This document shows positions 1-9,413 of a stretch of DNA of 32,000 bases, one piece after another (the stretch's first letter is position 1; each line of letters opens with the position of its first letter). The notes under the pieces were generated by a model. It was not told the DNA's origin and searched no databases. It saw nothing but the letters and a program-made list of their open reading frames with translations. This DNA is from Candidatus Velamenicoccus archaeovorus (GTDB lineage Bacteria > Omnitrophota > Gorgyraeia > Velamenicoccales > Velamenicoccaceae), in the NCBI RefSeq assembly GCF_004102945.1, contig NZ_CP019384.1:630001-662000 (forward strand). The letters run 5' to 3'. The translations under genes and the position numbers were made by a program.

Positions 1-690
1 CACTGGGATGACGAGCCTTTCGACGCCATCGTTTCCAATCCGCCGTATTCCATCAAATGGGAAGGTGACAGTAATACGCTTCTTATAAATGACCCGCGCT
101 TTTCACCGGCAGGAGTATTGGCGCCAAAGAGCAAGGCAGATCTTGCCTTCACCATGCATATGCTTTCTTGGCTTTCTACCAGCGGCACAGCGGCAATCGT
201 TGAATTTCCCGGAGTGTTGTATCGTGGAGGTGCTGAGCAGAAGATCCGCAAATATTTGGTTGATAACAACTACATCGATACCGTGATCCAGCTCCCACCT
301 GATCTTTTTTTTGGCACGACTATCGCTACCTGCATTATCGTGCTCAAAAAAAGCAAAAAGGATAACAAAACCCTGTTTATTGACGCTTCAGCCGAATTTG
401 TGCGCGGTGGAAACAAAAATAAGCTTACTGAAGAAAACCGCGCCAAAATAATGGAGGCGTTTACCAAGCGTGCAGACAAAGCGCATTTTGCCAAATTGGT
501 AAGCAACAAAACCATTGAAGAAGATGACTACAACATCACGGTCTCCAGTTATGTGTTGCAAAAAGATACCCGTGAGGTTGTTGATATCAAAAAACTCAAC
601 GCCGAGATCAAAGGCATCGTTGCACGGCAGAACGAACTCCGCACGGCAATTGATGAGATTGTAGCTGATATTGAGGGTAGCCATGACTAA
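1..690 (+). CDS. hsdM: Type I restriction-modification methyltransferase subunit M, C-terminal part (5' end outside window)
   Basis: Frame 1 is open from base 1. The translation [20 protein letters not shown] carries the N6-adenine MTase NPPY motif (bases 37-48) and continues into track ORF 118..690. The stop overlaps the hsdS start (ATGACTAA). hsdS and hsdR follow. Confidence 0.9.
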   Translation, partial: HWDDEPFDAIVSNPPYSIKWEGDSNTLLINDPRFSPAGVLAPKSKADLAFTMHMLSWLSTSGTAAIVEFPGVLYRGGAEQKIRKYLVDNNYIDTVIQLPPDLFFGTTIATCIIVLKKSKKDNKTLFIDASAEFVRGGNKNKLTEENRAKIMEAFTKRADKAHFAKLVSNKTIEEDDYNITVSSYVLQKDTREVVDIKKLNAEIKGIVARQNELRTAIDEIVADIEGSHD

Positions 691-1177
691 ACCCATGAAT
701 AAAATAGAAAAATTGATCGACAAGTTTTGTCCCAAGGGGATAGAGTTTAAGGAGTTGGGTGAAGTGTTAGATTATGAGCAGCCCACTAACTATCTTGTGC
801 AATCCACTGAATATGACGATGATTTTGTTACGCCAGTATTAACTGCTGGCCAAAGTTTTATTCTTGGTTATACAGACGAAAATGATGGAATATATAAAGC
901 GAGCAAAGAAAATCCCACTATTATTTTTGATGACTTCACTACATCATTTCATTGGGTTGATTTTGATTTCAAGGTTAAATCTTCGGCGATGAAAATGCTC
1001 CGACCCGAAAAGAGTGCCGATGTTATTTTTAAATTTATTTACTATGCGATGAAATGTATTGAGTACTCACCTCAAGACCATGCGCGTCATTGGATTTCTA
1101 AGTATTCAAAATTCAAAATCCCCATCCCACCTCTGCCGGTGCAAGAAGAAATCGTCCGCATTCTGGATAAGTTTACA

Positions 1178-1225
1178 GAACTAGAAGCAGAACTAGAAGC
1201 AGAACTAGAAGCAGAACTAGAAGCA
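1178..1225 (+). repeat. Four perfect tandem copies of the 12-bp unit GAACTAGAAGCA, encoding (ELEA)4 in the HsdS central spacer
   Basis: Counted directly in the sequence. The repeat is in frame with hsdS. Confidence 0.95.
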
Positions 1226-1276
1226 AGGAAGAAGCAGTATGAATATTATCGTACTGAACTGCTGACGTTCAACGAA

Positions 1277-1325
<49 letters not shown>

Positions 1326-1863
1326 GTAAGATGGGTAACACTAGGAGAAATAGGGAAGATTGTTAGGGGGACTGCCATTACAGCAAAGGAAGCGACAGGT
1401 GGAAAAATTCCGGTAGTTGCCAATGCGCCTAAAGCCATTTATTTTCATGGTAAAAGTAACAGAAGTGGAGAAACAATCGTTATTGCTAGATCTGGAGCTT
1501 ATGCTGGGTTAGTCAGTTTCTGGGATGAACCGATCTTCCTCACTGATGCATTCAGCGTTCATGTGGAGTCTACTTTGCTCAAAACCAAATTTGTTTATTA
1601 CTTATTGAAGCAAAAACAGGAAACTATCCACTTCATGAAGAAAGGTAGTGGAGTGCCGCATGTTCGAGCAAAAGAGTTTGAATCTTACCGTATCCCCATT
1701 CCTCCTGTCGCCGAACAAGAGCGCATTGTTACCATTCTCGATAAATTTGACACACTGGTAAATGATATTTCTGTCGGCTTACCGGCGGAAGTGAACGCCC
1801 GGCGCAAACAATACGAATACTACCGGGACAAGTTGCTTACTTTTAGTCCATTGGAAGAAGAAT

Positions 1864-4800
1864 ATGCCAAGCAATAAAAAATACAATTTAGTAGCGGAAA
1901 ACCCGCAAAGCACCGTGGTGGCGGAATATACACCTCAGTATCGTACCGCAAAGGCGTACCAGAGCGAGGCGGAACTGGAGCGCGCTTTTATTGAGCAGTT
2001 AGGATCACAGGCGTATGAGTATTTGTCCATTGCCTCTGAAACTGATCTCGTGCTTAATCTGCGCAAACAACTGGAAAAGCTGAATGATTTCACCTTTTCC
2101 GATGCGGAATGGGAGGCGTTTTTTGCCGAAGAGATCGCCAACCCTAATCAAAGTATTGCTGAAAAAACAGCCACTATTCAGGAAGACTACATTAAAAATC
2201 TAAAATGTGATGACGGAACGGTTAAGAATATCTATCTGTTCCGCAAAGACAAGATCCACGAAAACAATTTACAGGTGATCAATCAATACACCACCGAAGA
2301 AGGCCAAAGATCCAACCGCTATGATGTAACGGTGCTGGTCAATGGCTTACCGCTTGTGCATATTGAGCTTAAACGGCGCGGGGTGGCAATTCAGGAAGCG
2401 TTCAATCAGATTAACCGTTACCAACGTGAGAGTTTTTGGGCTGGCTCCGGGCTCTTTGAATATGTACAAGTTTTTGTCATCTCCAATGGCACGCATACCA
2501 AATACTACAGCAATACTACGCGCTCCGAACATATCAAAGAATCTATCGAAGGATCTGTTAAGAAAGGGAAACGCTCGAGCAACAGCTTTGAGTTTACCAG
2601 CTGGTGGGCAGACGCGACTAACAGACCCATTACAGATCTCGTAGATTTTGCCAAAACTTTTTTTGCCAAACACGTGCTTCTCAATATCCTTACCCGCTAC
2701 TGTGTGTTCACCGCTGAAAAACAGCTTTTAGTGATGCGGCCTTATCAGATCGTGGCGACAGAGAGGATATTGAGCAAAATCGAAGTCAGCACCAACTATA
2801 AAAAACTCGGCACTGTGGAGGCTGGCGGATATATCTGGCACACCACCGGATCGGGTAAAACCTTGACCAGTTTCAAGACAGCCCAACTGGTGAGCAAGCT
2901 GCCCTATGTTGACAAAGTGCTTTTTGTCGTTGACCGCAAAGACCTTGATTATCAAACCATGCGTGAATACGACAAGTTTGAAAAAGGCGCGGCTAACAGC
3001 AATACCAGTACGGCGATATTAAAACGTCAGCTTGAAGACTCAAATGCGCGTATTATTATCACCACAATTCAAAAACTTGACCGGTTTATAGGGCACAACA
3101 AGGGACACACAATTTTTAACGGCCACATAGTGCTGATTTTTGATGAATGCCACCGCTCGCAGTTTGGCGAGATGCACGCTGAGATTACTAAAGCGTTTAA
3201 AAGCTATCACCTTTTCGGTTTTACCGGCACGCCGATCTTTGCCGTGAATGCTTCTGCCGGTGGGCGTCCCGATTTTAAAACTACCGCGCAGGCTTTTGGC
3301 GATAAATTGCACACCTACACTATTGTGGACGCTATTGCCGACAGAAATGTTTTGCCGTTTAAGGTGGATTATGTTTCTACCGTGCGTGAAGCCGAGGATA
3401 TTGAAGATAAAAAAGTGCGTGACATCGACCGGGAAGCAGTGCTTGCCGCGCCGGAACGGCTGGCAAATATTGTGAAATATATCCGCGACCATTTTGACCA
3501 GAAAACCAAGCGAAACAGTTTTTACAAACTCAAAGACCGGAGACTATCGGGGTTCAACTCCATTTTTGCCGTTTCTTCCATCGACGCGGCCAAGAAATAC
3601 TACGCGGAATTTCAACGACAGTTAAAAGACGCGCCGAGTGATAAAAAACTGAAAATAGCGCTTATTTACAGCTTTGGCGTAAACGAGGAAGAAATTGACG
3701 GCGTGATAGATGAAAACTCCGAAGACACCAGCGGGCTGGACAAAAGCTCAAGAGATTTTCTTGAGAACGCCATCAAAGACTACAACGTCATGTTTGGGAC
3801 ATCCTACGACACTTCTTCTGATAAATTTCAGAATTACTATAAAGATGTCAGCGAACGCGTAAAGAATCGAGAAGTGGATATTCTGCTGGTGGTCAATATG
3901 TTTTTGACCGGCTTTGACGCAACTACGCTCAATACCTTATGGGTGGATAAGAATCTGCGCTTGCATGGTTTATTGCAGGCATATTCTCGCACAAATCGTA
4001 TTTTAAACACCGTCAAGACGTTCGGAAACATTGTTTGCTTTCGCAATTTGGAAAAAGCGACCAATGAATCCATTGCCCTCTTTGGCGATAAGGAAGCCAG
4101 CGGGATTGTGCTGTTAAAATCGTATGACGAATACTACAACGGCTACAAAGATGGCGACAAGGAAGTCCGTGGATATAAAAGTCTGGTTGAAGAGCTTTTA
4201 ACAAAATTTCCGGTTGGCGAGCGCATTGTTGGAGAACAAAATCAAAAGAGTTTTATCCGGCTGTATAGCGCGATTTTACGGGTGAGAAATATCTTGATTA
4301 CTTTTGACGAATTTAGCGGCAATGAAATTCTAACTGAGCGGGACCTTCAGGATTATCACAGCGTCTACATTGACCTTTACAACGAGTTTCGCAAGGCAGA
4401 CGAAGGCGAAAAGGAAAATATCAACGATGACATCGTGTTTGAAATGGAGTTAATTAAGCAAATTGAGATCAATATTGATTATATTTTGGGGCTTGTCAAA
4501 AAGTACCATGAAGATCATATCAAGAACCGTGAACTGCTTATCGACATTAACAAGGCAATCGACTCAAGCGTTGAACTGCGCAACAAAAAAGATCTCATCA
4601 ACCAGTTTATCGCTTCGCTTGATGCTCATTCGGTCGTGGATGAAGACTGGCAGAAGTATGTGGAGAAGAAAAAGATTGAGGAGCTGGAAGATATTATTAA
4701 ACATGAAAACCTTGATCACGACGAAACCTATAAATTTGTGCGAAATGCATTTCGTAACGGCAGTGTCGCAACCACAGGCACTGCTCTGGCAAAAGTTTTA

Positions 4801-4917
4801 CCGCCTGTATCGCGCTTTTCTCCCGGAGGAGAGCGTTCCAAGAAGCGCGAGAGCGTTCTGGATAAATTGACACGATTCTTTGAGCGATTTTTTGATATTT
4901 CTGATGGGAAGATTTAA
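1864..4917 (+). CDS. hsdR: Type I restriction enzyme R subunit (helicase/endonuclease)
   Basis: 1017-aa ORF overlapping the hsdS end. It has a Walker A motif (TTGSGKT) and a DEAD-box-like motif (FDECHRSQ). Its size and its position after hsdM and hsdS are typical. Confidence 0.95.
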   Translation: MPSNKKYNLVAENPQSTVVAEYTPQYRTAKAYQSEAELERAFIEQLGSQAYEYLSIASETDLVLNLRKQLEKLNDFTFSDAEWEAFFAEEIANPNQSIAEKTATIQEDYIKNLKCDDGTVKNIYLFRKDKIHENNLQVINQYTTEEGQRSNRYDVTVLVNGLPLVHIELKRRGVAIQEAFNQINRYQRESFWAGSGLFEYVQVFVISNGTHTKYYSNTTRSEHIKESIEGSVKKGKRSSNSFEFTSWWADATNRPITDLVDFAKTFFAKHVLLNILTRYCVFTAEKQLLVMRPYQIVATERILSKIEVSTNYKKLGTVEAGGYIWHTTGSGKTLTSFKTAQLVSKLPYVDKVLFVVDRKDLDYQTMREYDKFEKGAANSNTSTAILKRQLEDSNARIIITTIQKLDRFIGHNKGHTIFNGHIVLIFDECHRSQFGEMHAEITKAFKSYHLFGFTGTPIFAVNASAGGRPDFKTTAQAFGDKLHTYTIVDAIADRNVLPFKVDYVSTVREAEDIEDKKVRDIDREAVLAAPERLANIVKYIRDHFDQKTKRNSFYKLKDRRLSGFNSIFAVSSIDAAKKYYAEFQRQLKDAPSDKKLKIALIYSFGVNEEEIDGVIDENSEDTSGLDKSSRDFLENAIKDYNVMFGTSYDTSSDKFQNYYKDVSERVKNREVDILLVVNMFLTGFDATTLNTLWVDKNLRLHGLLQAYSRTNRILNTVKTFGNIVCFRNLEKATNESIALFGDKEASGIVLLKSYDEYYNGYKDGDKEVRGYKSLVEELLTKFPVGERIVGEQNQKSFIRLYSAILRVRNILITFDEFSGNEILTERDLQDYHSVYIDLYNEFRKADEGEKENINDDIVFEMELIKQIEINIDYILGLVKKYHEDHIKNRELLIDINKAIDSSVELRNKKDLINQFIASLDAHSVVDEDWQKYVEKKKIEELEDIIKHENLDHDETYKFVRNAFRNGSVATTGTALAKVLPPVSRFSPGGERSKKRESVLDKLTRFFERFFDISDGKI

Positions 4918-5179
4918 AGATGACTTGGAGCTTTTGAAATGGCAGAATTGCCTTAGGCGAAAGGAAACCTCGGTAGATTCAAAATACCTCCTGCCTTTCT
5001 ATCGCCCTCTGGGTTGGGCGTGGTGGTGGAATTGATGGGGTTGGAGTTGATGGGGGCATACGGTAGCCTTCGGGCGGTGCGAAGAAACCGCCCCAAAAAA
5101 ACTCCCGTATGCCCGGGTGCGTAACGCGCTCATACATAAACAGGTTAACGGATGAAAGCCGTGTGATTGTAAAAAACGC

Positions 5180-5208
5180 TTGACAAATACTGTATTACGC
5201 TGTACGCT
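5180..5208 (+). promoter_or_regulatory. Candidate sigma70 promoter of the XRE gene (TTGACA-N17-TACGCT); the mRNA would be nearly leaderless
   Basis: TTGACA lies at 5180-5185 and TACGCT at 5203-5208. The ATG at 5218 has no Shine-Dalgarno sequence upstream. Confidence 0.4.
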
Positions 5209-5217
5209 TATAACTAC

Positions 5218-5589
5218 ATGAGTAACGAATTTGGGAAGAAGATAAAGCAGGAACGGCTTCATCTTGATTTAAGCCTTCGTAAAGTTTGCGAAGCCGTATT
5301 TAGTGACAAGAAAAAACCGATATCTGTATCATATCTTAATGATATCGAGCAGGGGTATCGGAATCCCCCCGATAGTAAAATAATTGTTCAACTAGCCAAA
5401 GTCCTAAAACTTGAGCCTCAAGATCTTTTGAATTTGGCGGGGAAGGTTCACCCTATTATTGAGGATGTAAGCAAGAAAACAGAAGTTGGCGTTCTCTTTC
5501 GGAAGATAGCTGAGCATATTGAACGCGATCCTGGATTCGCTGCAAAAATCCAGGAACAGCTTGATAAAAATAAGGATGATCAAAAATGA
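5218..5589 (+). CDS. XRE-family helix-turn-helix transcriptional regulator (CapH-like position)
   Basis: 123 aa. The N-terminal segment KIKQERLHLDLSLRKVCEAV...SYLNDIEQG looks like an HTH_XRE domain. Its stop overlaps the start of the downstream metallopeptidase gene (ATGA). Confidence 0.75.
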   Translation: MSNEFGKKIKQERLHLDLSLRKVCEAVFSDKKKPISVSYLNDIEQGYRNPPDSKIIVQLAKVLKLEPQDLLNLAGKVHPIIEDVSKKTEVGVLFRKIAEHIERDPGFAAKIQEQLDKNKDDQK

Positions 5590-6305
5590 TGCGATGGATT
5601 GACGATGATCAAAGTGTCTATGGCCGCCGGCTCATCGCTACAGGCATAGATATAGATGAGGCTATGGAAATAAAATATCTGGAATTTTTTAATGGTAAAT
5701 GTGACATTGATCATCCAGCCCTTGACATCGAGCGCTTTATAGATGAAAATTTGAGAAAAGATAACATTGAATTTGAACCGGAGGCGACTGAGTTACAACA
5801 TAATGCTTTGGGGGCTACAAAGTTTAACCCGGATGGATCTCGATTGATTCAAGTTAATGCCAAACTTTATCGGCAAAGGAATTCAACAGCGCTAAAAGGC
5901 CGTTTCAGGTTTACGTGCGCTCATGAAGTGTTCCATGCCTTATTTCATGATAAGCTTTTTCGTAGCGAGGGTCATTTGAAATGTTTCGAACATCATATTC
6001 AGGAAGATATGGTTGAACCAGAGAAAAAATCGAATGATTTCATCGAGTGGCAAGCTAACCGAGGAGCGGCGGCGTTGTTAATGCCAGGATCAATTTTTAA
6101 AGAAAACGTTAAGCGAATCCGCGCCATATCTCACGATCACGAATCGTTAGTGCGAGATTTAGCGTCTCGTTTTGATGTGTCTAGGCAATCGGCACTTATT
6201 CGGCTGCAGACGTTTCGATCCGTGGCTGTGCGCGAAGATGATTTCAATCTGGAAAATGACGGCATTGATAGTTACCAAGATGCCCGGAAAAGAACCTGGA
6301 ATTAG
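5586..6305 (+). CDS. ImmA/IrrE-family zinc metallopeptidase (CapP-like position)
   Basis: 239 aa with an HExxH motif (CAHEVFHALFH). It is translationally coupled to the XRE gene, which is the classic XRE plus ImmA/IrrE pairing. Confidence 0.8.
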   Translation: MMRWIDDDQSVYGRRLIATGIDIDEAMEIKYLEFFNGKCDIDHPALDIERFIDENLRKDNIEFEPEATELQHNALGATKFNPDGSRLIQVNAKLYRQRNSTALKGRFRFTCAHEVFHALFHDKLFRSEGHLKCFEHHIQEDMVEPEKKSNDFIEWQANRGAAALLMPGSIFKENVKRIRAISHDHESLVRDLASRFDVSRQSALIRLQTFRSVAVREDDFNLENDGIDSYQDARKRTWN

Positions 6306-6324
6306 GAAAATTTTTTTGATTAAA

Positions 6325-6345
6325 TTTTACGCAGTTAGCGTAAAA
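6325..6345. promoter_or_regulatory. Perfect 8-5-8 inverted repeat TTTTACGC-AGTTA-GCGTAAAA (candidate operator or RNA hairpin)
   Basis: Seen directly in the intergenic region between the ImmA-like gene and the DUF2188/Ubl operon. Confidence 0.35.
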
Positions 6346-6395
6346 GAACAATAACCTTAAACTAAGGAGACTTGTTAACATAAGAGGAGGAGTAA

Positions 6396-6629
6396 ATGGC
6401 AGAACGAAAACGAGTATGGGTTTCACCAGACGGTAAAGGCGGATGGGATGTTAAAACGCAAGGTGCCCAGCGGGCCGCCGGTAATTACGAGGACAAAACA
6501 GACGCATTATCAAAAGCAAAGGAGGTCGCGAAGAATGCACCCTTAGGACAGGTGGTTGTTCAAGGGCGAGATGGAAAAATCCAAACCGAATATACATATG
6601 GCAAAGACCCAGAGCGCTTCCCAGGTTAA
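6396..6629 (+). CDS. Small DUF2188-like protein
   Basis: 77 aa behind a strong RBS (AAGAGGAGGAG). The pattern WxV...GAQRAAGNYEDKTDALSKAKEVA...GRDGKIQTEYTYGKDP matches my memory of DUF2188. Confidence 0.6.
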   Translation: MAERKRVWVSPDGKGGWDVKTQGAQRAAGNYEDKTDALSKAKEVAKNAPLGQVVVQGRDGKIQTEYTYGKDPERFPG

Positions 6630-6659
6630 TACACAGGGCAACTGAAAGGAGAAAGAGTC

Positions 6660-6923
6660 ATGGAAAATCAAGGACAGGGACACAATAAGCAAGTCACGAT
6701 TATAGTAAATGCTCGCCCAGAAACGGTGGCGAAAGACGATATATCTTATAGTGAGGTTGTCGCTTTGGCCTTTCCGAATCCGCCAACCGGCGATAATGTT
6801 TCGTTTGTTGTTATGTACCGTAGGGGCCACGGCGATAAGACGCAAGGGACTCTTGTCCAAGGCCAAACAGTCAAGGTAAAGGAGGGGATGATATTTGATG
6901 TCTCACCAAATAATAAGTCGTAG
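6660..6923 (+). CDS. Multiubiquitin-type ubiquitin-like (beta-grasp) protein
   Basis: 87 aa with RBS GAAAGGAGAAAG. VTIIVNARPETVAKDDISYSEVVALAF...VSFVVMYRRG...GTLVQGQTVKVKEGMIFDV resembles the prokaryotic Multiubiquitin domain. It sits directly upstream of, and overlaps, the E2-E1 gene. Confidence 0.6.
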   Translation: MENQGQGHNKQVTIIVNARPETVAKDDISYSEVVALAFPNPPTGDNVSFVVMYRRGHGDKTQGTLVQGQTVKVKEGMIFDVSPNNKS

Positions 6924-8082
6924 TCCAGACCTTAAGCGACTTCGCGATGAAGGCTATGATATAGAGGTCAAGTCAGGATATCTTTTTATCAAGGATGTTC
7001 CATACGTCGATTCAGATAAGAAGATAGCGCGCGGCACCTTGGTATCAAAATTAACTGTAGCTGGGGACATGGCTGTGCCTCCTGATACCCATGTCGCTTA
7101 TTTTATTGGGGGGTCTCCGTGTGATGCGAATGGATCTCCTCTACAAAAAATTATCAACTCGAGCCAAAAACATAAGCTGGATAATGTTATCGAAGTTGAT
7201 CATACGTTTTCTGCGAAGCCTATGCCAGATGGAAAATATAAGGATAATTGTGATAAGGTAAAAAAATACATTGCTATGATTTCCGGTCACGCTCAGGCGG
7301 TAGATCCAAACGTAACGGCGGCAACCTTCCCAGCTTTGCCGACAACAGGAGAGGATAAATCATTCTTTAATTATATCGATAGCGCTTCTAGCAGAGCCCA
7401 GATCGGGGCGGCTACGAGCAAGTTGGAGATCGGCGGCATTGCAATCGTAGGAGTCGGTGGGACTGGTTCGTATATTTTGGATTTGGTGTCGAAAACTCCG
7501 GTAAGTGAGATTCACATTTTCGACAATGATAAGTTCCTGAATCACAACGCATTTAGAACGCCGGGTGCTCCTTCTATAGATGAATTGCGAAGGCAGCCCA
7601 AAAAGGTATTTTATTTGAGGGACATTTACTCAAGGATGCATCGGCATATTATTTCGCATGACGTTTATGTGGATGCGTCAAACGTAGATCTTCTTAAGCC
7701 AATGAAGTTCGTATTCATTTGCCTTGATAAAGGGGGCATAAAAAAGTGTATCGTTGAAAAGTTAGAAGAATGGGGTACTCCATTTATTGACGTCGGCATG
7801 GGCCTTCAGCTCGTTGACGAATCATTGACTGGTGTGCTTACCGTAACTGCCAGTACAATTGAGCAGCGCAAGCACATTAAAGATAGGATTTCTTTTTCAG
7901 AAGATAACGAAGGGAATGAGTATTCCCAAAACATACAAATCGCCGATTTGAACGCTCTTAATGCGGCTCTCGCTGTCGTCAAATGGAAGAAGATGTGTGG
8001 ATTTTATAAGGATCTTGAAAAAGAGTTCTTCTGTGCATATTCAGTGAACGGTAATACTCTAGTTAATGAAGACAAATCATGA
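6895..8082 (+). CDS. E2-like N-terminal domain fused to a ThiF/E1-type adenylyltransferase
   Basis: 395 aa. The C-terminal half has the E1 nucleotide-binding motif IAIVGVGGTGSYILDLV...IHIFDNDKFLNHNAFR. About 170 aa at the N-terminus are not E1. The multiubiquitin / ThiF / DUF6527 gene neighbourhood is a recognised trio. Confidence 0.75.
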   Translation: MMSHQIISRSPDLKRLRDEGYDIEVKSGYLFIKDVPYVDSDKKIARGTLVSKLTVAGDMAVPPDTHVAYFIGGSPCDANGSPLQKIINSSQKHKLDNVIEVDHTFSAKPMPDGKYKDNCDKVKKYIAMISGHAQAVDPNVTAATFPALPTTGEDKSFFNYIDSASSRAQIGAATSKLEIGGIAIVGVGGTGSYILDLVSKTPVSEIHIFDNDKFLNHNAFRTPGAPSIDELRRQPKKVFYLRDIYSRMHRHIISHDVYVDASNVDLLKPMKFVFICLDKGGIKKCIVEKLEEWGTPFIDVGMGLQLVDESLTGVLTVTASTIEQRKHIKDRISFSEDNEGNEYSQNIQIADLNALNAALAVVKWKKMCGFYKDLEKEFFCAYSVNGNTLVNEDKS

Positions 8083-8525
8083 AACGAACCAAAATATTAA
8101 CATATCGATTCCTTGAGTATATCCCTCGCGATATAGAGGAAGGGGTGATTTACATTTCAATGACATTTTCGACGGCGATTCATAAGTGCTGTTGTGGATG
8201 TGGTCAAGAGGTTGTAACTCCATTTGGCCGGACAGATTGGCAGTTGACTTTTGATGGCGAATCAATTTCACTGGATCCATCGATTGGAAATTGGAGTTTT
8301 GATTGTAAGTCACACTACTGGATAAGACATAATAAAATTATATGGGCACCTCGTTGGTCTAAGAAAAAAATTGATGCTAATAGGGCATACGATAAGCGGT
8401 TGAAGGATAGATATTTTATGGCTGTACAAGAGAAAGAGAATAGAAGTGATCGGAAGATAAGGCTTGCGGATTGGCTTGCTGAAAAGAATATATTGAAGCG
8501 GTTGAAAAACAATAGCTTAAGGTAA
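8079..8525 (+). CDS. DUF6527-like small protein (CxCGCG motif; candidate peptidase of the Ubl system)
   Basis: 148 aa, translationally coupled to the E1 gene (ATGA overlap). It contains HKCCCGCGQEV and the conserved-looking SIGNWSF.C.SHYWI. The family assignment is from memory. Confidence 0.5.
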   Translation: MKRTKILTYRFLEYIPRDIEEGVIYISMTFSTAIHKCCCGCGQEVVTPFGRTDWQLTFDGESISLDPSIGNWSFDCKSHYWIRHNKIIWAPRWSKKKIDANRAYDKRLKDRYFMAVQEKENRSDRKIRLADWLAEKNILKRLKNNSLR

Positions 8526-8647
8526 ATGTTTTAACAACAGAGATTCCTTCGCTCAGAATTTTTCGTTTTCGAAGTATCGAAAGATTTTGCTTAGAGAATA
8601 TTTCTTTCTTGATCTTGTAGTTTTTTTCTTGAGGCCGCAATAAGTAA

Positions 8648-8932
8648 GTCCTCCTTTCTTTTTCTTCGCCAAAAATACTCAATGCTTTAATTTCGTCAAC
8701 AAAATTCCGGAAATAATTCGTCTCCGTTCTTGTGGTCTGCCTCAAGAGCGGCTTCGCCCCTTCGGGGAGTCCTCAATTTTTTCCTCAGAATCCAAGAAGG
8801 TTCGTTCTCTCCCTCGTCGTTCTCTCTCCTTCGGCCAATCCTTGTTTTATTGACTAAACCGGCGCTTGTGGTCTGCCTCAAACGCCTTTAAAGGCCTTGA
8901 GTTCTCCTTTTTGGCGTAAAAGAAAGGAGGAC
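8648..8932 (+). ncRNA. Structured module A (285 nt): candidate cis-regulatory leader RNA or ssDNA-folding element upstream of the SpoVG-like gene
   Basis: The 15-nt GTCCTCCTTTCTTTT (8648-8662) is the exact reverse complement of AAAAGAAAGGAGGAC (8918-8932), which contains the SD. Further pairings are 8668-8675/8908-8915, 8677-8682/8897-8902 and 8691-8704/8845-8858. Internal hairpins at 8724-8751 and 8861-8886 both have the loop TGGTCTGCCT. Confidence 0.5.
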
Positions 8933-8935
8933 CAC

Positions 8936-9241
8936 ATGCGTCCAAAAGCAAAAAAACAGCAACAAAATCAGGAAAGGAAGGAGGTGAGCAAAATGTTCGA
9001 AGTCTCAAGGATCCATCGTATCGAAGGAAACGATACTCTGAAGGCCTTTGTGGACATCAAAGTCGCGGATTGCGTTTTGATCAAAGGCCTGAGAGTCATG
9101 GCGACCAAGGATGACACCTTGTTTGTCGCCATGCCGTCTCAGAAGGCGGAGGATGGCAAATACTATCCTACCGTCAAGCCTCTTTCCAAAGAGGCGAATC
9201 AAGAGCTGCAGGACGCAGTTCTTGCTGCCTATAACGAATAG
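8936..9241 (+). CDS. SpoVG-family protein (alternative start at 8993)
   Basis: MFEVSRIHRIEGNDTLKAFVDIKVADCVLIKGLRVMATKDDTLFVAMPSQKAEDGKYYPTVKPLSKEANQELQDAVLAAY aligns by eye with SpoVG. Both the ATG at 8936 (AAGGAGG upstream) and the ATG at 8993 (GGAAGGAGGTGA upstream) have strong RBSs. Confidence 0.75.
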   Translation: MRPKAKKQQQNQERKEVSKMFEVSRIHRIEGNDTLKAFVDIKVADCVLIKGLRVMATKDDTLFVAMPSQKAEDGKYYPTVKPLSKEANQELQDAVLAAYNE

Positions 9242-9290
9242 GCAGTAAAAAAAGCTGCGCTATCGGCTAGACGGGCAAAAATAAAAAATC

Positions 9291-9316
9291 GATCCCCGGC
9301 CAGGGGATCTTTTTTT
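9291..9316 (+). terminator. Intrinsic terminator after the SpoVG-like gene
   Basis: Stem GATCCCC / GGGGATC with loop GGCCA, followed by T7. An A-run precedes the stem. Confidence 0.7.
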
Positions 9317-9413
9317 GTGCCTGGCGCGGCTATCACCGTTTGCCGATCAGCCTCAACACCTTCCTTTCTGTCTCTTTTGTTGTTTTTTTTCTGATTTTTC
9401 AAGCGCCGGCTTC

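Noticed and set aside
4999-5262. An 87-aa minus-strand ORF in the hsdR/XRE intergenic region.
   Set aside because: It has no RBS and overlaps the XRE promoter and start. Its His/Pro/Gln-rich sequence is produced by the G-rich repeats.
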